64,000 nt of DNA from positions 13,700,050 to 13,764,049 of the forward strand of contig NC_134026.1 of NCBI RefSeq assembly GCF_964204645.1. Reading direction: 5' to 3'. The position numbers and the translations under genes were made by a program. This document shows, piece after piece, positions 1 to 14,171 of this stretch (position 1 is the stretch's first letter; each line of letters begins with the position of its first letter). A model generated the notes under the pieces. The model did no database searches. It was not told the origin of the DNA and saw only the letters and a list, made by a program, of their open reading frames with translations. Source of the DNA: Tubulanus polymorphus. Its lineage: Eukaryota > Animalia > Nemertea.

Positions 1-455
1 ATCAAATTTGACCTTCAGAAGCGAAACACTGCACTACCAGACGCACGACTGAAGCCGCCAGTACTGCCGCCACCTGGTCTTCCGATAGAAAGGCAGTGGT
101 ATTTACATGATGAAATAAGAGAATTTGTAGATGACAACTTCAGAGATATTGTCTGTCCTGTTCCTCAATGTCCAAAGCCAAGTAAAGCTAAGTAAAACAA
201 AGTTGTAGATTTGTGTTGATATGTTTATTCATAACAATAAACTATAAAATTATAGTCGTAAACTTTAATCACCTTTTTCTCAAAACTATGGTTTCGCTAA
301 TTCCAAACTTCAATTTCTCATATCTGAGAATCTAGAAGAGCTAAGATGCTGATCTATGGCTTGTTGGAAAGCTTTTTTAGTAAAGAATCCATTTCTGAAA
401 TAATCTCATTTATTTCCCCTGGACCCCCGAGCCTAAAAATCACAGCACAGGTCAC
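1..455 (+). mobile_element. 3' end of a DNA transposon (Sola-like): transposase C-terminus 1-195 and probable right terminus
   Basis: Frame 1 is open from 1 to TAA at 193-195 (PPGLPIERQWYLHDEIREFVDDNFRDIVCPVP), a C-terminal motif I recognise from invertebrate DDD transposases. It ends ...GGTCAC followed by ATAT, compatible with an AWWT target site. Confidence 0.45.
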
Positions 456-459
456 ATAT

Positions 460-3400
460 TGTAATTGGTAATATTTCGGAGGCTAGAGATGCTAATGATC
501 CTATCGGGTTGGAAGAGATGCAAGCTGTAGTTACTAGGGCTCAAGGTGTAAAAAGAACGGGTAGATTACTGCGACCATTGAAAATAGCAGATACTGGAGT
601 TTTAAATGTCGACCGAGGGGAGTTACAAAGATTACAGTTGAATGATAGATCGTTAAATCAGTGTAGACAATTGGCGGGTTAAGTTGGGAAACAGTACAAG
701 AGTGGAAAGTCAGTAGCTTTTATGATGGATAAAGCCATATTGTTTAGAATATTCACGAGTAAAAAATTGAAAACGACTAATCAGGTGGTATTACCCGAGA
801 AATTACGCAATGGAGTCATAGAAGTGGCTCATGATTCTGTTTTAGCTGGTCACATGCGAGCAGCAAAATCATTAGATAGTGTTATGAATCAATTTTATTG
901 GCCTGGGGTAACTGGGGACGTTAAGCGTTATTGTAAGTCGTGCGACTCGTGTCAAAAAACGATGCAGAAAGGTAAAATTAAACCGGTGCTGTCGACACGC
1001 CTATAATAACCGAACCATTTTCTAGGGTAGCGATAGATTTAGTTGGCCCATTACCAATTACGGAAAGTGGTAATAGGTATATATCAATATTAATTGATTT
1101 CGCAACGCGTTATCCCGAGGCAAAAGCTTCAAAGAGTGAAGTTCAAAAAGTGAAACTTCAGATGTAGCGGAAGCGTTATTGGAAATGTATTCAAGATTAG
1201 GGGTTCCGAGAAAGGTGATGTCAGACAGAGGTCCTCAGTTTATTTCAGAGGTTTGTAAAGAGGTTTATAGGTTAATGTCTACAAAGGAAATACTGAACTC
1301 TCCATATCATCCAATGGTCTTTGTGAGAATTTTAACGGAGTTTTTAAACGATTGTTACAAAGAATGAGCGGGGAAAGACCTAAGGACTGGGATCGCTATT
1401 TACCTAGTTTACTTTTCGCGTACAGAGAAGTGCCTCAAGAGTCTTTGAAATTCTCTCCTTCTGAATTACTCTAGGGTAGAACAGTACGAGGGCCGTTATC
1501 TATCCTTAAAGAATTGTGGGTTAGCGAGAAAGAAGAACCGGAAGTAAGATCTGCATATCAGTACGTATTTGAACTAAGACAACGCATGGAAGAAACATGT
1601 AGAATAGCTCATGAAGAATTAAGAAAAGCCAAGGTCAAGCAGAGCAAGTATTATAACAAAAGGGTGAAAGGTCAAATTTAAAGTTAGGCGATAAGGTACT
1701 ATTATTGTTGCCAACCGATAGTAATAAGTTAACTATGCAGTGGAAAGGTCTTTTCAGGGTTACGGGTACGGTACCGGGGTATGAAAATGATTATAAGATA
1801 GACGCTAATGGGAAAGTGAAAACATTTCATGTGAATATGCTTAAAAAGTATTTGATAGAGAGAAGACATTAAGTTGTACAGATCCAGGAAGAAAGACACT
1901 AAATATTTGGATGGATATATGAAAGCTGTGGGTACTGGAGTGTGTAATGGGTAGGGTAGTGTGATCTGTGTGCATTTGTGGCCAGCACACAGATCACATT
2001 GTTCAATGGGGTTTGGTCCAGGACTCGCGAGATTTTCAACAACACAGAAGTAACGTGTAATAAATGATGACTTGAATTGCATGACTACCTACCACCCCTC
2101 ATTAATGTTGGAAAACTGAACGTTCGGCACTGACTAAAAATTAGTAATAACATTTTAGAAATGGCCAGAATTTTAACTTGGGTTCTATCTCATTTTTATT
2201 TTACAATTGCGATTGGTATAATTTTTTTTTAAACGGCCGTTAAGGCTTCATGTTTCGTCTGCAATTCACTGCAAATAATTACGCAACCACGCACATTTCA
2301 GTGTTTTTGGCAGCTGTACACTCAATCGGCACCGTTCGTGACTAGCTTCACTGTGGAATTATCATTAACATCGCCATATCACATCATCAACTTATATTGT
2401 GCCTTAAAACCCTAACAGCCGAAAATTGAGAGAGTGGCCATGTTTGTGTTTGCTGCTTCGCGTAAATCCCGCGCGGTGGCGCAACCGCGCGGAGTGGGGC
2501 CGATATGTCCAGTGGGATTACAAATGTTTGAAAACAACTCAGCCGAGTGTGTTCAGGACGAAACGTGTGGTAAAGAATTTTGTCCTTATGAGTCCAAAGA
2601 GTCATGGAGGGTCGCTGATATAAATCCCAAGTTGTCATGTGAACAACAGGACGAGTTAAGAGATTTATTACAGGAATACACAGATGTTTTTAGTGATTTG
2701 CCGGGTAGAACTAGTTTTAAAAAAATGCATATTGAGTTAGAGGATGATACCCCTGTGCGCATGAAACCATACCCCACTCCTTTTTCACTTCATAAGCAAT
2801 TAAAAGAAGTTGAGAAGATGGAGAAAATGGACGTTATAGAAGAGTCTGATAGTAATTTCTCTAGTCCACCCATAGTAGTAGGTAAACCTGACGGTACGAT
2901 AGGCTATTGTATTGATTTCAGGAGGTTAAATGCTCAGACAAAGTTTCTGGCCGAGCCTACGTCAGATCAAGAGCCGGTTTTGATGAAAATGAAAGGCAAG
3001 AATTTTCTAACCAAAATTGATTTAGCGAAAGGCTATTGGCAGATACCAATGTGCGAGTGCTGTAAGCATTTGACTAGTTTTTAAACAGAAAGCGGGTTGA
3101 AACAATTTAAGGTTATGCCATTTGGGTTAGTGAATTCTGGTCAAGTATTTTGTCGGATGATGAGAAGATTGTTACAGAATATCGAAGATTCCGGCAATTA
3201 TATTGATGATTTAATCATTGGTTCAGTAAAAGAATCATGTAGGCACATTGAGAAGTGTTTTTCAGAGATTAAGAGAAAATGGATTAACAGCCCGTCCATC
3301 AAAGTGGTAAGTTTAGTTATTTCGAGATTGATTTTGTGGGTCACAGTTTTTGGGGTGACAATATTCGTTGCCAAGATGATAAAGTTGAACGCGTGTTACA

Positions 3401-3560
3401 AGTAGTTCTTCCTGACACCAAGAAACAGTTAGGAGCATTCCTGGGTATGACTGGATACCATTCTAAATTCAACGAATATGATAAAAAAGGGCACCCTGTA
3501 AATATACAGTGGTCTGATAAACCATAAGAAGAAATTTTACTTTATTGAGAAATAGGGAGG
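460..3560 (+). mobile_element. Decayed Ty3/Gypsy pol, Gmr1-like domain order (integrase upstream of RT)
   Basis: Integrase HHCC zinc finger (AHD..GH..YWPG..CxxC, 722-1006), core (IDLVGPLP, SDRGPQF, SPYHP, KDWDRYLP, ~1020-1860), then RT (YCIDFRRLN, KIDLAKGYWQIPM, MPFGLVNS, YIDD, 2600-3530). Many stops and frameshifts. Confidence 0.85.
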
Positions 3561-6373
3561 TCCCATTAGTATGCTTAAGATTATTTCTTCTATTTGTTCA
3601 TTTTGCGGAGGCACCACATTATAATGACTTCATTTCTCATTTTTAGGCAAGTTTCAAGCTGTCAGCCAGAAGAACAGGACTATGCTCTATTCAGTTATCT
3701 GGTGATCTGGCTTGCTGTTGAAGTATAACAGTCGAAGTTGAAATTTCATAATAAATGATGTAATTTTTTTGATATTGTTTTGATTTTGCCACGTGGAGAA
3801 CAGGCTATAATTTTAAAGCCCACTATAAACAGAATATAAAAGATTGAAAACAAATTCAAAAGCGAAATGAAATTCTTTTTTAATATTTCAAATTCTGTAT
3901 TAAGTGGGTTTTAAATTAAGGTTGAATTTAATTTTGTCAAATAACAAAGCTTGATGTAGGTATACATCATAGAATTTTATTGTTGTTAACATCCCATACT
4001 CAGAATTTGTACTGAATCGTTTTTTGTTTCAGTTTAAAATTCTGAGTGTTTGTTTTTCTTTTGTCTCAACATAACACGCATTAGTGTGATCAACTTGTAA
4101 TTTACTGATCCCACCGCATTTATTTTGCTATCACTGTTATTGTTTAAGCTAAAATCTATTTCATTCAGGGTTTTTTAAGTAAATATAATGTACGTGTTAT
4201 ATTCATCCATGGTTTCTTGCTGGTATTTTTCAAATGTACACTAAACCTTGTCTAACTTGGACAGATTAGGACCACAAAATTTTTACTGAGCTATCAATAG
4301 GTAGACGTCATTTGCAACGATTTGAGTTAGGCAAGGTTAACTGTATTTGTGTTACTAAAAGCGAAGGCAACTGAGGTTATGTTTCTAATCTAATCTGCCA
4401 CAATACCCTTGAGAGCATAGAGAACACCAAAATGAAACTAATTAGAACTTTCACAATTACTTTAGTTGCTGGTTTGTCAATCTTTGGGGTGGAGATTTGT
4501 TCATCAGTCAGTCTCTTCATGTCGTCTTCAAAATGGATGAGTGAGTGGAAACAGTAGATTTGCTAACCTTAGAATTCATGGGATGGACACTTGAGCTAAC
4601 ATGTATAAAATTGAAAACCTGTTACAGTAGGACCAAACTTTTTTTTTAGGTGAGCAGAATTCTGACTGAAACCATTCTGAGGCAAGCAAGTTCAAATCCA
4701 GTGTAAAAATGGTGTAACAAATCAAGATCTGATTGATGTTTTTCTGCATTATTTTACTGCGATGCATTATTGTTCCCTCCCCTTCAACTGACTTGGGACA
4801 GTCATGACATCCACCGGGTTTGACAAAAAGTGGTGTTTGGATTTACAGTCTATTGCTGCTGGTAAATAAGTGATCATCCAGATGCTATTCACACTTCTGT
4901 TTTCCTGAATGATTGGCTGAATACTCTTTTTGTCAAAACCTGATGCTTTCCTTATTACCATAGAACATATTTTTAAGATAATATCACTTTAATTAATTGA
5001 AGTCAAGACAAAGATAATGAAAGAAAGCATATATTACAACATACATATTCTACTATCAGGTATAGCCAATAAACAACAGAGAATTAATCTTCTTTCCAGT
5101 GTAAAAAATGAAAATTTGTACGGTTGTCATTATCCCTAACAGATGAAAGGAAAATGTCATGGTAGGGTTACACAAGCATGCAGTGCAGTTATAAGAGCAA
5201 AGCAGACTGATACTTATGTACCCCCAAAATGACATGTCCTTATGGGCTTTTTTTAAAAATCACTCTGCTTTGCTCTTATTATGTCATTTTGGGGGTACAC
5301 AAGTATATCCATTGTGACCTTAGCAAAGCTTTCCCTAATTAGGGAAAATGAGGTTTCAGGGAAATAAATTGCCATGTAAGCAAATTTATAAAAAACAAAA
5401 TTAAAGGAACAGGCCATTTCAACATAATATTACTAATACAATATATACATAATTTAGCCCATGCGAAAATAGCCCATGTGTCGATATTTGGATTTCAATA
5501 ACTTTCCAAGTGATATGACGTCGATCCCTTGCCCAAGAAAAATTTCGACCCAGTCACTGCATGTCTCTTTTTAGACGAACAGCTTTTTTTTCTGTGATCA
5601 AGCGTCGATCCCTGGGTGGAGAAATATTTAAACCTTGTGACATAGAGTCGAATCCTGAGCTTACGGAAATATTAAACTGGGTGATAAACTGTCGTTTCCT
5701 GGATGATAGATAATACAGGAAGTGTCGATTAAGTGTTGCTTGACTGTGGAGGGGGGCAAGAGAGTTGCAATTGACAGCTGCCTTAGTAAAACAGCAGAGT
5801 CTCCACAAACTTTGACTGAAGGCCAAAACAGGGTTCATAGCTGTAAGGCTATAGGAAAAATATAAGCACTTAAACTCACTTTTTTTCAAACCTAAGTACG
5901 CACTTTTTACAAGAAAATCAGGCTAAAAAGTGAATTTCACTGCCATTCTTATGTAAAATTCACTGCCAACTGCAGCAACTTTTTAAGAGATTTGAAATTT
6001 TTCAAGCCAGTGACCAAATGCCTATACTAAAGCCCTCCAAATTGGTTGGAGTAGGCCTACTGATTTATCAGCATGAATGAAAGGTTGAAGGAGAAAATGA
6101 AATTTAAAATCTTATATAAAATATATTGATTTCTAAGATCACGGATCTATCAAAATGGAGGGGATCATAGCTTCCTCTTTGAGTATTTTCCACGTAAAAT
6201 CTTTGATGGACTGCAGAAAAATTAAGAATGAAAACTGGATTGAATTCCAATGAGGAGAAATCTTACTTTTTTCAAATGATCATAAATAGATAATGAGTCA
6301 AAACGGAAATATCAGAAAAAAGTTTGTTTTAAAGTTAGATATGATTCAAAGGGGATCCGTGCTCCAAGTGATT

Positions 6374-6990
6374 AACTAGGGGTCCAGGGACACCATGCCC
6401 ACTTGGGAAGTGGTTTCAAATGCTCAACAATCTAACAATTTCAATATTCAACGCCTCCTGGTGACCATATACAAAAACCAATGACCTTGAAAAACACCAA
6501 AATCATAGAACATGTCAGCAGCTACGATTTCGTAATTGATTGTGAAATCATGGAACCTGTCAACAGCTATGATTTCATAATTGATTGTGATAACAAAATA
6601 TGCCTCATTACCAATTTCATATGGAAATACAAAGTTATTCTACTATTCAATGCCCCCTGGTGACCATATTAAAAACCAAATAACCTTGTAACTCACCACA
6701 ATCATAGAACATGTCATGAACTACAACTTTGCAATCGATTGTGGTAACAAAATATGTGTTGGTACAAATATAATATAGAAATACTAAGATATTGTATTAT
6801 TCAACACCCCGCTGGTGGCCATATACAAAAACCAATGAACTTGAAACTCAACACAATCATAGAACACGTTATAAGCTACGACTTTCTAATTCATTGTTGT
6901 AACAAAATATGCTTAGGTATCAATATAATGTCGAAAAACTTTTTCCCACCAACGAATGAGTACTAATGACACCAAGATGGCCGCCAATTG
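6374..6990 (-). mobile_element. Helentron-associated non-autonomous element (HINE), partial copy
   Basis: Starts aactaggggtccagggacaccatgcccacttggga, identical to the end of the complete copy at 28675; contains ~124-bp tandem units. Confidence 0.75.
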
Positions 6991-7318
6991 CGCCATTATT
7001 GGCCTGCTACGCACGGAATCCTGTAGCAACAGCAAACATGCGTGGCACTTTCAGCTGCCCTGACAGCTGATTGGAACATTGCCAATTTCTTGGAAAACCT
7101 AAACTAAGTCACGTGCGTCTAGGCGTGTTTTTCTCATAGCTTACAATAGTGAGAAGAGTCAAACCACGCAGCAGTTGTGATGTGTGGAGCATATATTCAC
7201 AAATACTGCTGACCAGAAAATACACCGGGAATGATGTCGGGTTGAAAAAATCAGCCGGGTCTAAAAGGACTGACAGACATGTCCAAAACCCGACACCCGG
7301 CTATTAATGAAAACACTG

Positions 7319-7830
7319 GCAAAGTGGTTTACCTTCAAAGTGGAGCTTGTTTGGCAAGGGCATTGCCTATGAAAAATCTTTTTAATGAGTACAGTTATAG
7401 TTTATATTGTATTTCATCTTTTCCAAAGAATTATTTTGAAGCCAAATAAGGTTCAAAATATACATTTTATAATTTGGTAGGGCGCAGGTATAAGAGAAAC
7501 TACTTTATATTTTGAAAAAATATTTTTCACAATATGGAAAACATTTAGATTAAAAAATCATTTGATTTCACCAATCAGAGGGTGACTAAATAGTCTTGGC
7601 AACCTCTGCCAATATTGGGCCGCAGAAGCTACCTAAGATATTGCATACGTGGATCGTAAGTGGATCGTTTTAAACCGCGACTTTTACTGCTAAAATATTG
7701 ACCTCGACTTAAACACCAAGCGAAACAATAGCTGCTGCTTAGTATTTTTTAGGTCACAAGAAATTACAATTTATAAGAAATTCTTCCAAACAGAAAACAC
7801 AGCGCTCATCTTCTGCTATAATATTTTAAA
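7319..7830. repeat. Interspersed repeat family copy 1 (also ~9870-10420 and ~27917-28420)
   Basis: Collinear similarity across three loci, from ..tttaccttgaaagctagagg.. to ..ggtcacaagaaattacaatttat.. Confidence 0.75.
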
Positions 7831-9470
7831 TGATTATTCATGATGAATTCTAAATACTTTATTTAAAACAAATCTTTTATTTGGACGTCATTTGACACAA
7901 TACACAGGCACTAGCAAGCAGCATTGAAGTATCCATCACTAGTAATATACATAGTGTAGACTATGCATGTGTGTACGTGTGTACGTGTGTAACTGTGCTT
8001 GATTAGAACGTACGCGCATGCATGCGAAGTGTTAAGTGAACTTTGTTTACACGTCTATGGTCAATCAAAACAAACTACAGATATTAAATGAAACAATAAG
8101 GACAGTGGGTGTAAATATATTCTCACAAGCTGAGATAAATAGAAGCAAGAAAAGTTAGGGGGTTGATAAAGTGAGGGCCTGCAGGTCGAAAAGTACATCG
8201 GAATGAGTCACACAAAAAACGGTTACACTTCCAGGAAGGATTGAACTTTTATATATTTCAATTCCAAGTATGCAAATTGTCATATATAAAAACGTGCCAT
8301 TACTTAATGCCAAAAAGCAGGATTTTTAGGTTCCCCTAAAAATACCTCGATCACTATGAAATTTTTGTTGGCTTGAGAACTCATTAAGCCAGACCATGAC
8401 ACCAAAAATCAACACTATTGTTTCAATAGCCAATGTTTGTGCCTTGTTGACACACCGGTACTCTATTCATTTTCAATGAAAACTGCTTCTCCAGACCGTT
8501 TGCATAGGCAAACCTTAGGTTCGCCAAAAATATGTAAAAAGTGCTAGTTGTGGCAAACAAAAATGGCGCTAGATGGCCATTTTGATTCTGATCTGTTGAA
8601 AATGTATCTTGGTATATAAATGTATAAACCAAATATAAAGACAATCCATTAAACAGGGATGAAAACAGAGGCGTTTAAAAAACGTGGATGAATTAGAAAT
8701 TAAGTTAATAGGCTAACTACTGCTGCAGCAGTTGCGCGCACCAAAAGGTGTGAAGCCCCTAAAGGGGGATTTGGGGCCCTCCCCCAAGAAACTTTTGAAA
8801 TTTCAAGGAGTTTTAAGCGCATCTGAGGCCCATTTCCAAATGAAAAAATAGGACTGCCACGTGATTGATCGTTCGTTGTTTGTGTCTTGAGTACATGAAA
8901 AGGAAAGCTCCGCAATATCCAAATCACTAGAACATGTTCATACTTGAATGCACTTGTCAATAAATTGTTAAGTCCCAAGAGGAACCCCCATCTATAATCT
9001 TCCAATCTATCACTCAAGACAAGCGCATTGCGCCTGAATTAAAACAATGACTCCTTTTATTGAGCACATAGGCTATGCTTTGTTGAATGCTAGACCAACG
9101 GGGGTGTTTCGCAATGATGTTAAAGAACAAAGATTTCAGGGATCGAAGCACCGGTTTTATGAGACGCTGGTCTGTTCTTTAAGTATGCTACGATCTAACT
9201 CTCAACTTTTCCCCAAGACCCTAACCCCCCCATCATTTTCCCAACGGATCTACATACCTCCAACTGCGGAAATCGAGATTTTCATCCCTGATTAAAGTGT
9301 CTTCAAAACTTCCCAAAATAACTGGATTCCGACAATATTTTGTGCACCAACACAGTTTTTAAAGAAATTTTAACAAGCCGACAACATCATCTACAGAGGT
9401 TTGCAAAGCCACAATCGCATCACTTATACGTTGATTAGACCTAATACCAATTAAACAAACGCTCACATAA

Positions 9471-9865
9471 AACTAGTACTCCAGGGACACCACACCAAGT
9501 AGTTTAAAATGCTCAACAATCAAAAAAAAAAAATTTCAATATTCTATGCCCTTGGCGAACATATTCAGAAAGAAATTACCTTATAACACATCACAATCAT
9601 AGAAAATGTCACAAGCTACAATTTTGCAATTGATGTGGTTACAAAATATGCTGAGGGACCAATACAACATTACAATACTCAGTTATTTGGCCATCAACAC
9701 ACCCTGGTGACCAGATACAAAAACCAATGACCTTGATACAACAAAATGATGTAACATTTATTAAGCTACAAGTTTGCAATCGATTGTAGTTACAAAATAC
9801 CCATCGGTACCAATATAATTTGGCAAATCATACATAATTCAATATTCAGCTCCCCTTGGTGGCGA
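9471..9865 (-). mobile_element. Diverged HINE fragment
   Basis: aactagtactccagggacaccac.. end plus degenerate 124-bp units. Confidence 0.6.
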
Positions 9866-9869
9866 GAAG

Positions 9870-10420
9870 AAATAAATTGCCCAAGGGGCAAAGTGTCGTT
9901 TACCTTGAAAGCTAGAGGTTGTTTGGAGTAAGGTGATTGCTTGAAAAATCTTTTTAATTTGTGACTTCAAAGTTCTAGAAGTTTATAGGCCTATTGTATT
10001 TTATCTTTCTTAAAGAATTATTTTGTAGTCAAATAAGACCAAAGATAAACATTTGTTTATGGTCTACGACCAATATTTCGTAGGGTACAGGTAGGCACAG
10101 CAGGGAAACTATCTTTATATTTTCAAAAAAAATGTTTTTCACAATATGAAAAAATATCCACATAAAATTCGTATGATGTCACATATCAAGAGGCTGGCTG
10201 AATATTGAGTCTTGGAAACGAAACCTCTTCTTATATATGGCCACGGAAGTTAAAACGCCTGGGCGTAGTATTAGATCGTTTTAAATCCTGGAATTTACCA
10301 CTACAATATTCAGACCTCGACCTATACCTATAGTTTGCTGCTTAGTATTTTCAGGTCACAAGATATTACAATTTATTACAAATTCTATCGAACAGAAAAC
10401 ACAGCGCTCATCTTTTCTAC
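9870..10420. repeat. Interspersed repeat family copy 2
   Basis: Highly similar to 27917-28420. Confidence 0.75.
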
Positions 10421-11064
10421 TACAACGATTATTCAGCCTGTTATCATACCAAACGTGCATGCCAAGCAGCGTTACAGCATCACCATATAGATCCTTACAG
10501 TAATTTTCGACGGCTGACAACAGCCATCTCCTTGTTGATGCAATTTTCAAGGGGGTTCGAAATTAGCATCAATGCAGTATCCAAGCATAACACGGGGGTT
10601 TGGGGGTTCTACCCCGTAAATTTTTTGAAAATCGGCGGCTTTAGAGAAGTTTCCAAGGCTCTAAATTAATCATAAAAGACTCAAATTTGCAAGAAAAAAT
10701 TTGAAAACTAGGGGATCTTATACCTGTTCAAGGGTCTACTCACTTCTAAACATCTTGTGCTGGTCCCTCGATTCTAGATGTATATCTAAAACTTAACCTT
10801 GTTTCAACTTAGGATTTTACCAGCTGTATATATCAATCCTTGCCCACTGCCTATTCACCAGGGGCCGATACAGCAATTTGAGAAAGGGGGGTGCAAATGA
10901 AAGCAATAGGTATAGCATTGTGAGCCTTCTTTTTCGATGTGATAGAAAAGAAAATATATTCAATTTTTTTCAATAAGATTAGCAATCAACGAGATGTAGC
11001 TGCAGCAGCTTCGAGCTGACGAATGAAACTTGCCATAGCAATTCCAACACCTATTTCCGTCTTA

Positions 11065-11911
11065 CTGTATTTTCTGGCGATTAAGCCGACTCGCCCAATA
11101 AACCGAGGGCAGTTTTTTAGCCTAAAATACATGGATTTCTTAAACCCGAGGCCCTTCATCAGGAGATTTCAACTCAATGACTACGTTAAGCCACTATCAG
11201 CGGCTTTCATGATGTCACAAATGTTAACACTGCCTACGTTCAAACTACACCTGATTTTTACCAATCAGAATGCAAGTAAACATTATTATCATAAATTATG
11301 TGAGGGAATTCTATGGAATCCCCTACGCAACGCGTCATAGACATTATTGATCATGGGAAACCAGAGGGGGAGTCCCTTGTTAACCAAAATAGCGGAAATT
11401 CTGTCTGCTGCGCGCGGTTTTGAATTTGGGTAATCCGGGGTGAATGATTCAATCCACAGATTTGTCAATTAGTTTGTCTTAATTGACGATATATGAGGCC
11501 GACAATAGGCGCCTGCCGATGTTTGAGAGTACTGCGAATACCAGCATCGATGAGTCACTGTGCTATATATAGACTCGCTCAGGTGATAGAGCCATATATT
11601 GTAACCTACATTCGCAAACACACGGCTGACTGCTGATGCCAGTATATACAAATGTAATGCCGCTGTGAGGTGACGAAAGAAACGAAGTAACAAAATAGTT
11701 CTAAATAGATTATTGGTAGTAAATAATGACCCCAAATAAAAATTGAACACTCACATTTATTTTGATGATGCTTCAGGAGCATAAAAGTGACATAGTTCGG
11801 GAAGTAATCATTTAGGTAAGATCATATCTGTCCAATAAGCCGATCATGATATTTTGGGGTAAGAGTAAAAATCTGAGGCTACAAAATTGGCTTATTAGCC
11901 GGAAAATACGG
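11065..11911. mobile_element. Tc1/mariner-pogo-type MITE with TA target duplication
   Basis: TIRs ctgtattttctggcgattaagcc / ggcttattagccggaaaatacgg, flanked by TA at 11063-64 and 11912-13. A paralogous empty site at ~14416-14445 (ctatttccgaccTAatgacaaaatatcagc) confirms the insertion point. Confidence 0.8.
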
Positions 11912-12303
11912 TAGTGACATAATATCAGCTGTCTAGCCTATATCCATTGGTTACAATTTGTGCCACCAAAAGCTAACAAAGTTACTCTCAGGACCATTCT
12001 ATAAGGATCAACACAGTTGATTCTCACTAGGGGTCCTGAGACACCATGCCTACTTGGGAAGTGGTTTTAAATGTTCAACAGACAATTTCAATTACCCATG
12101 CACCTGGGGAACAAATTCAGATAGCAATGACTTTAAATTCACCACAGTCATAGAACATGTCACAAGCTATTGTGGCTTCAAAATGCCTACCCGGTATAGG
12201 CCTAAAATAGGAAAATACTAAGTTATTCAGCTATTCAACACACTCCCCTGGTGAACATATACAAAAACCAATGAACTTGATATTCACCAAAATCATAGAA
12301 CAT

Positions 12304-12747
12304 GGAGTAGTAGAAGACGAGTTCCACTTTGTAATGGAGTGTGCAAAATTTGATAATTTAAGAACAGATCTGTTGAATAAATTTTATAATCAATATCCTA
12401 GCATGTCGAATGTAAATGATAAAGTCAAATTTGTAACTATAATGTCCTCTATAGAAATGGCCAAATATTTAGGGAAATACATCGAGAAAGGGTCTAACTC
12501 ATGAAAAAAAAAACAATCTGAAATCTGAGTGTTACGTCGCAGTATCCATTAATTAAACTATCACTGATTCACTTACTGAAAACCTGTCTACATCGTGTAT
12601 ATATGTATATTAAACTGTTATTGTTTTTGTTATCTCTATCTTTAAAATGTTATATTTTATCCCCCTGTCTTTATTGCACTTAATCTTATAATGTTTAACT
12701 ACGTTACGGAACAATAAAGAATTAATTGAATTGAATTGAATTGAATT
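12304..12747 (+). mobile_element. 5'-truncated LINE (CR1/L2 group) 3' end inserted in a HINE unit
   Basis: ORF2 C-terminal motif VEDEFHFVMEC..FDNLR, then 3'UTR, AATAAA and an (ATTGA)n tail. The HINE unit resumes directly afterwards. Confidence 0.75.
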
Positions 12748-13845
12748 ATCACAATCTACAATTTGTCTTGATTCCATCCTTGTCCCTTCGATTGAGCCGA
12801 GAAGTAACTTTTAACGACCAGTTTTTCTAGTTTTCATGACTTTTTATTCATTCTTTTCACTTCCGGTTCTGGCAAGTGAGCATTCACACATTTTTTCCCT
12901 ATAGATGGCAGCAGTAGCAAAGGTTACAATACAGAGTGTTCCATAACAAATGTCACACCAAAAATTGAACACAAATTAAACAAACATATCGATGCCACTG
13001 CAATCAATCAATGACGTAGTTAATAATACTGATCAATAATAAAAAATATATTCGCACTTCGCGACACAATTTTGCAATTGATTGTGGTTACAAAATATTC
13101 CTAGAGACCAATACAATATGAATATACTAAGTTACTCAGTTACTCAATGCCGCCTGGTGACCATACACAAAAACCAATGATCGTGAAACTCACCACAATC
13201 AATATAAATATCTATCTACAATGTTGCAATTAATCAGGGTTACAAAATATGCCTAGTTACCATATACATGCCCACTAGTTACCATATACAAAAATCAATG
13301 ACCTTGAGACTCAAACACAACCATTCAATATAAGCTACAACTTTGCAGTTGAATGTGGTTACAAAATAAATGAGGATTGATGACACTAAGATGGCTACTG
13401 GTTGCGTCTTGCTTGACTGATAAAAAAATATGTCCGATATGTTTAACAGCCCTTCTCAAAGTAAAACCATCACAAATTTCAATGAAAAATGGCCAACCAT
13501 TTGGGAGCTACAGCTATCAGAATTGAGGGCAAAAAAGGTCACATGACGGCCATCTTGCATCCGATCCAGCCAATTTTTGTTGCGCTGATGAACCATGGGT
13601 AGAAACAAACATACGTTAAAGATCAAGATGATTGATCACAGCGTTCTCAAAATTTTCCTTGAAAACGTCAATAAAGGACCATGGGTCCAGTAGGATCAAC
13701 TGAGTACATTTTAATTTTGAGCACCAAAATCAATATTTTCTTGGATTTGCAATTACGTATAAACAGCTGATTAAGATGAAATCATCATGGTGTACTGTGT
13801 AGTAAGCATGCTCAACTTAGATGATATACATGGTAATGGGTTTTC

Positions 13846-14171
13846 TACGGAAGCCCCTAGGTGACATACGAGATATTTTTTCACAATTTCGTCTTCTTAT
13901 GTCGAATTTCGACTTATTATCTCGAAATTCGACGTACTAAATTTGACTTATTATATCGAATTTCAAGTTTTCTTTCCATTCAAGTTAATTATGTCAAATG
14001 TGTTATTTTCATGTGGACTTATCTCGAAATTTGACATAAAAATAAATAAAAATTAGACATACCACGAATTTCTACATAAAAATACCAGTTAGGTGAATTT
14101 CGACATAAACTAGACATAATAAGTCAAAATTGTGAAAAGATTATCTCGTACGTCACCAAAGGGCTTCTGTA
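13846..14171. mobile_element. MITE with 6-bp target duplication GTTTTC
   Basis: TIRs tacggaagcccctaggtgacatacgagata / tatctcgtacgtcaccaaagggcttctgta; GTTTTC at 13840-45 and 14172-77; internal tcgaaatttcgac repeats. Confidence 0.75.

Noticed and set aside
3640-5000. Possible host exons (acceptor at ~3646; ORFs 4576-4961)
   Set aside because: No recognisable protein similarity or consistent exon chain.
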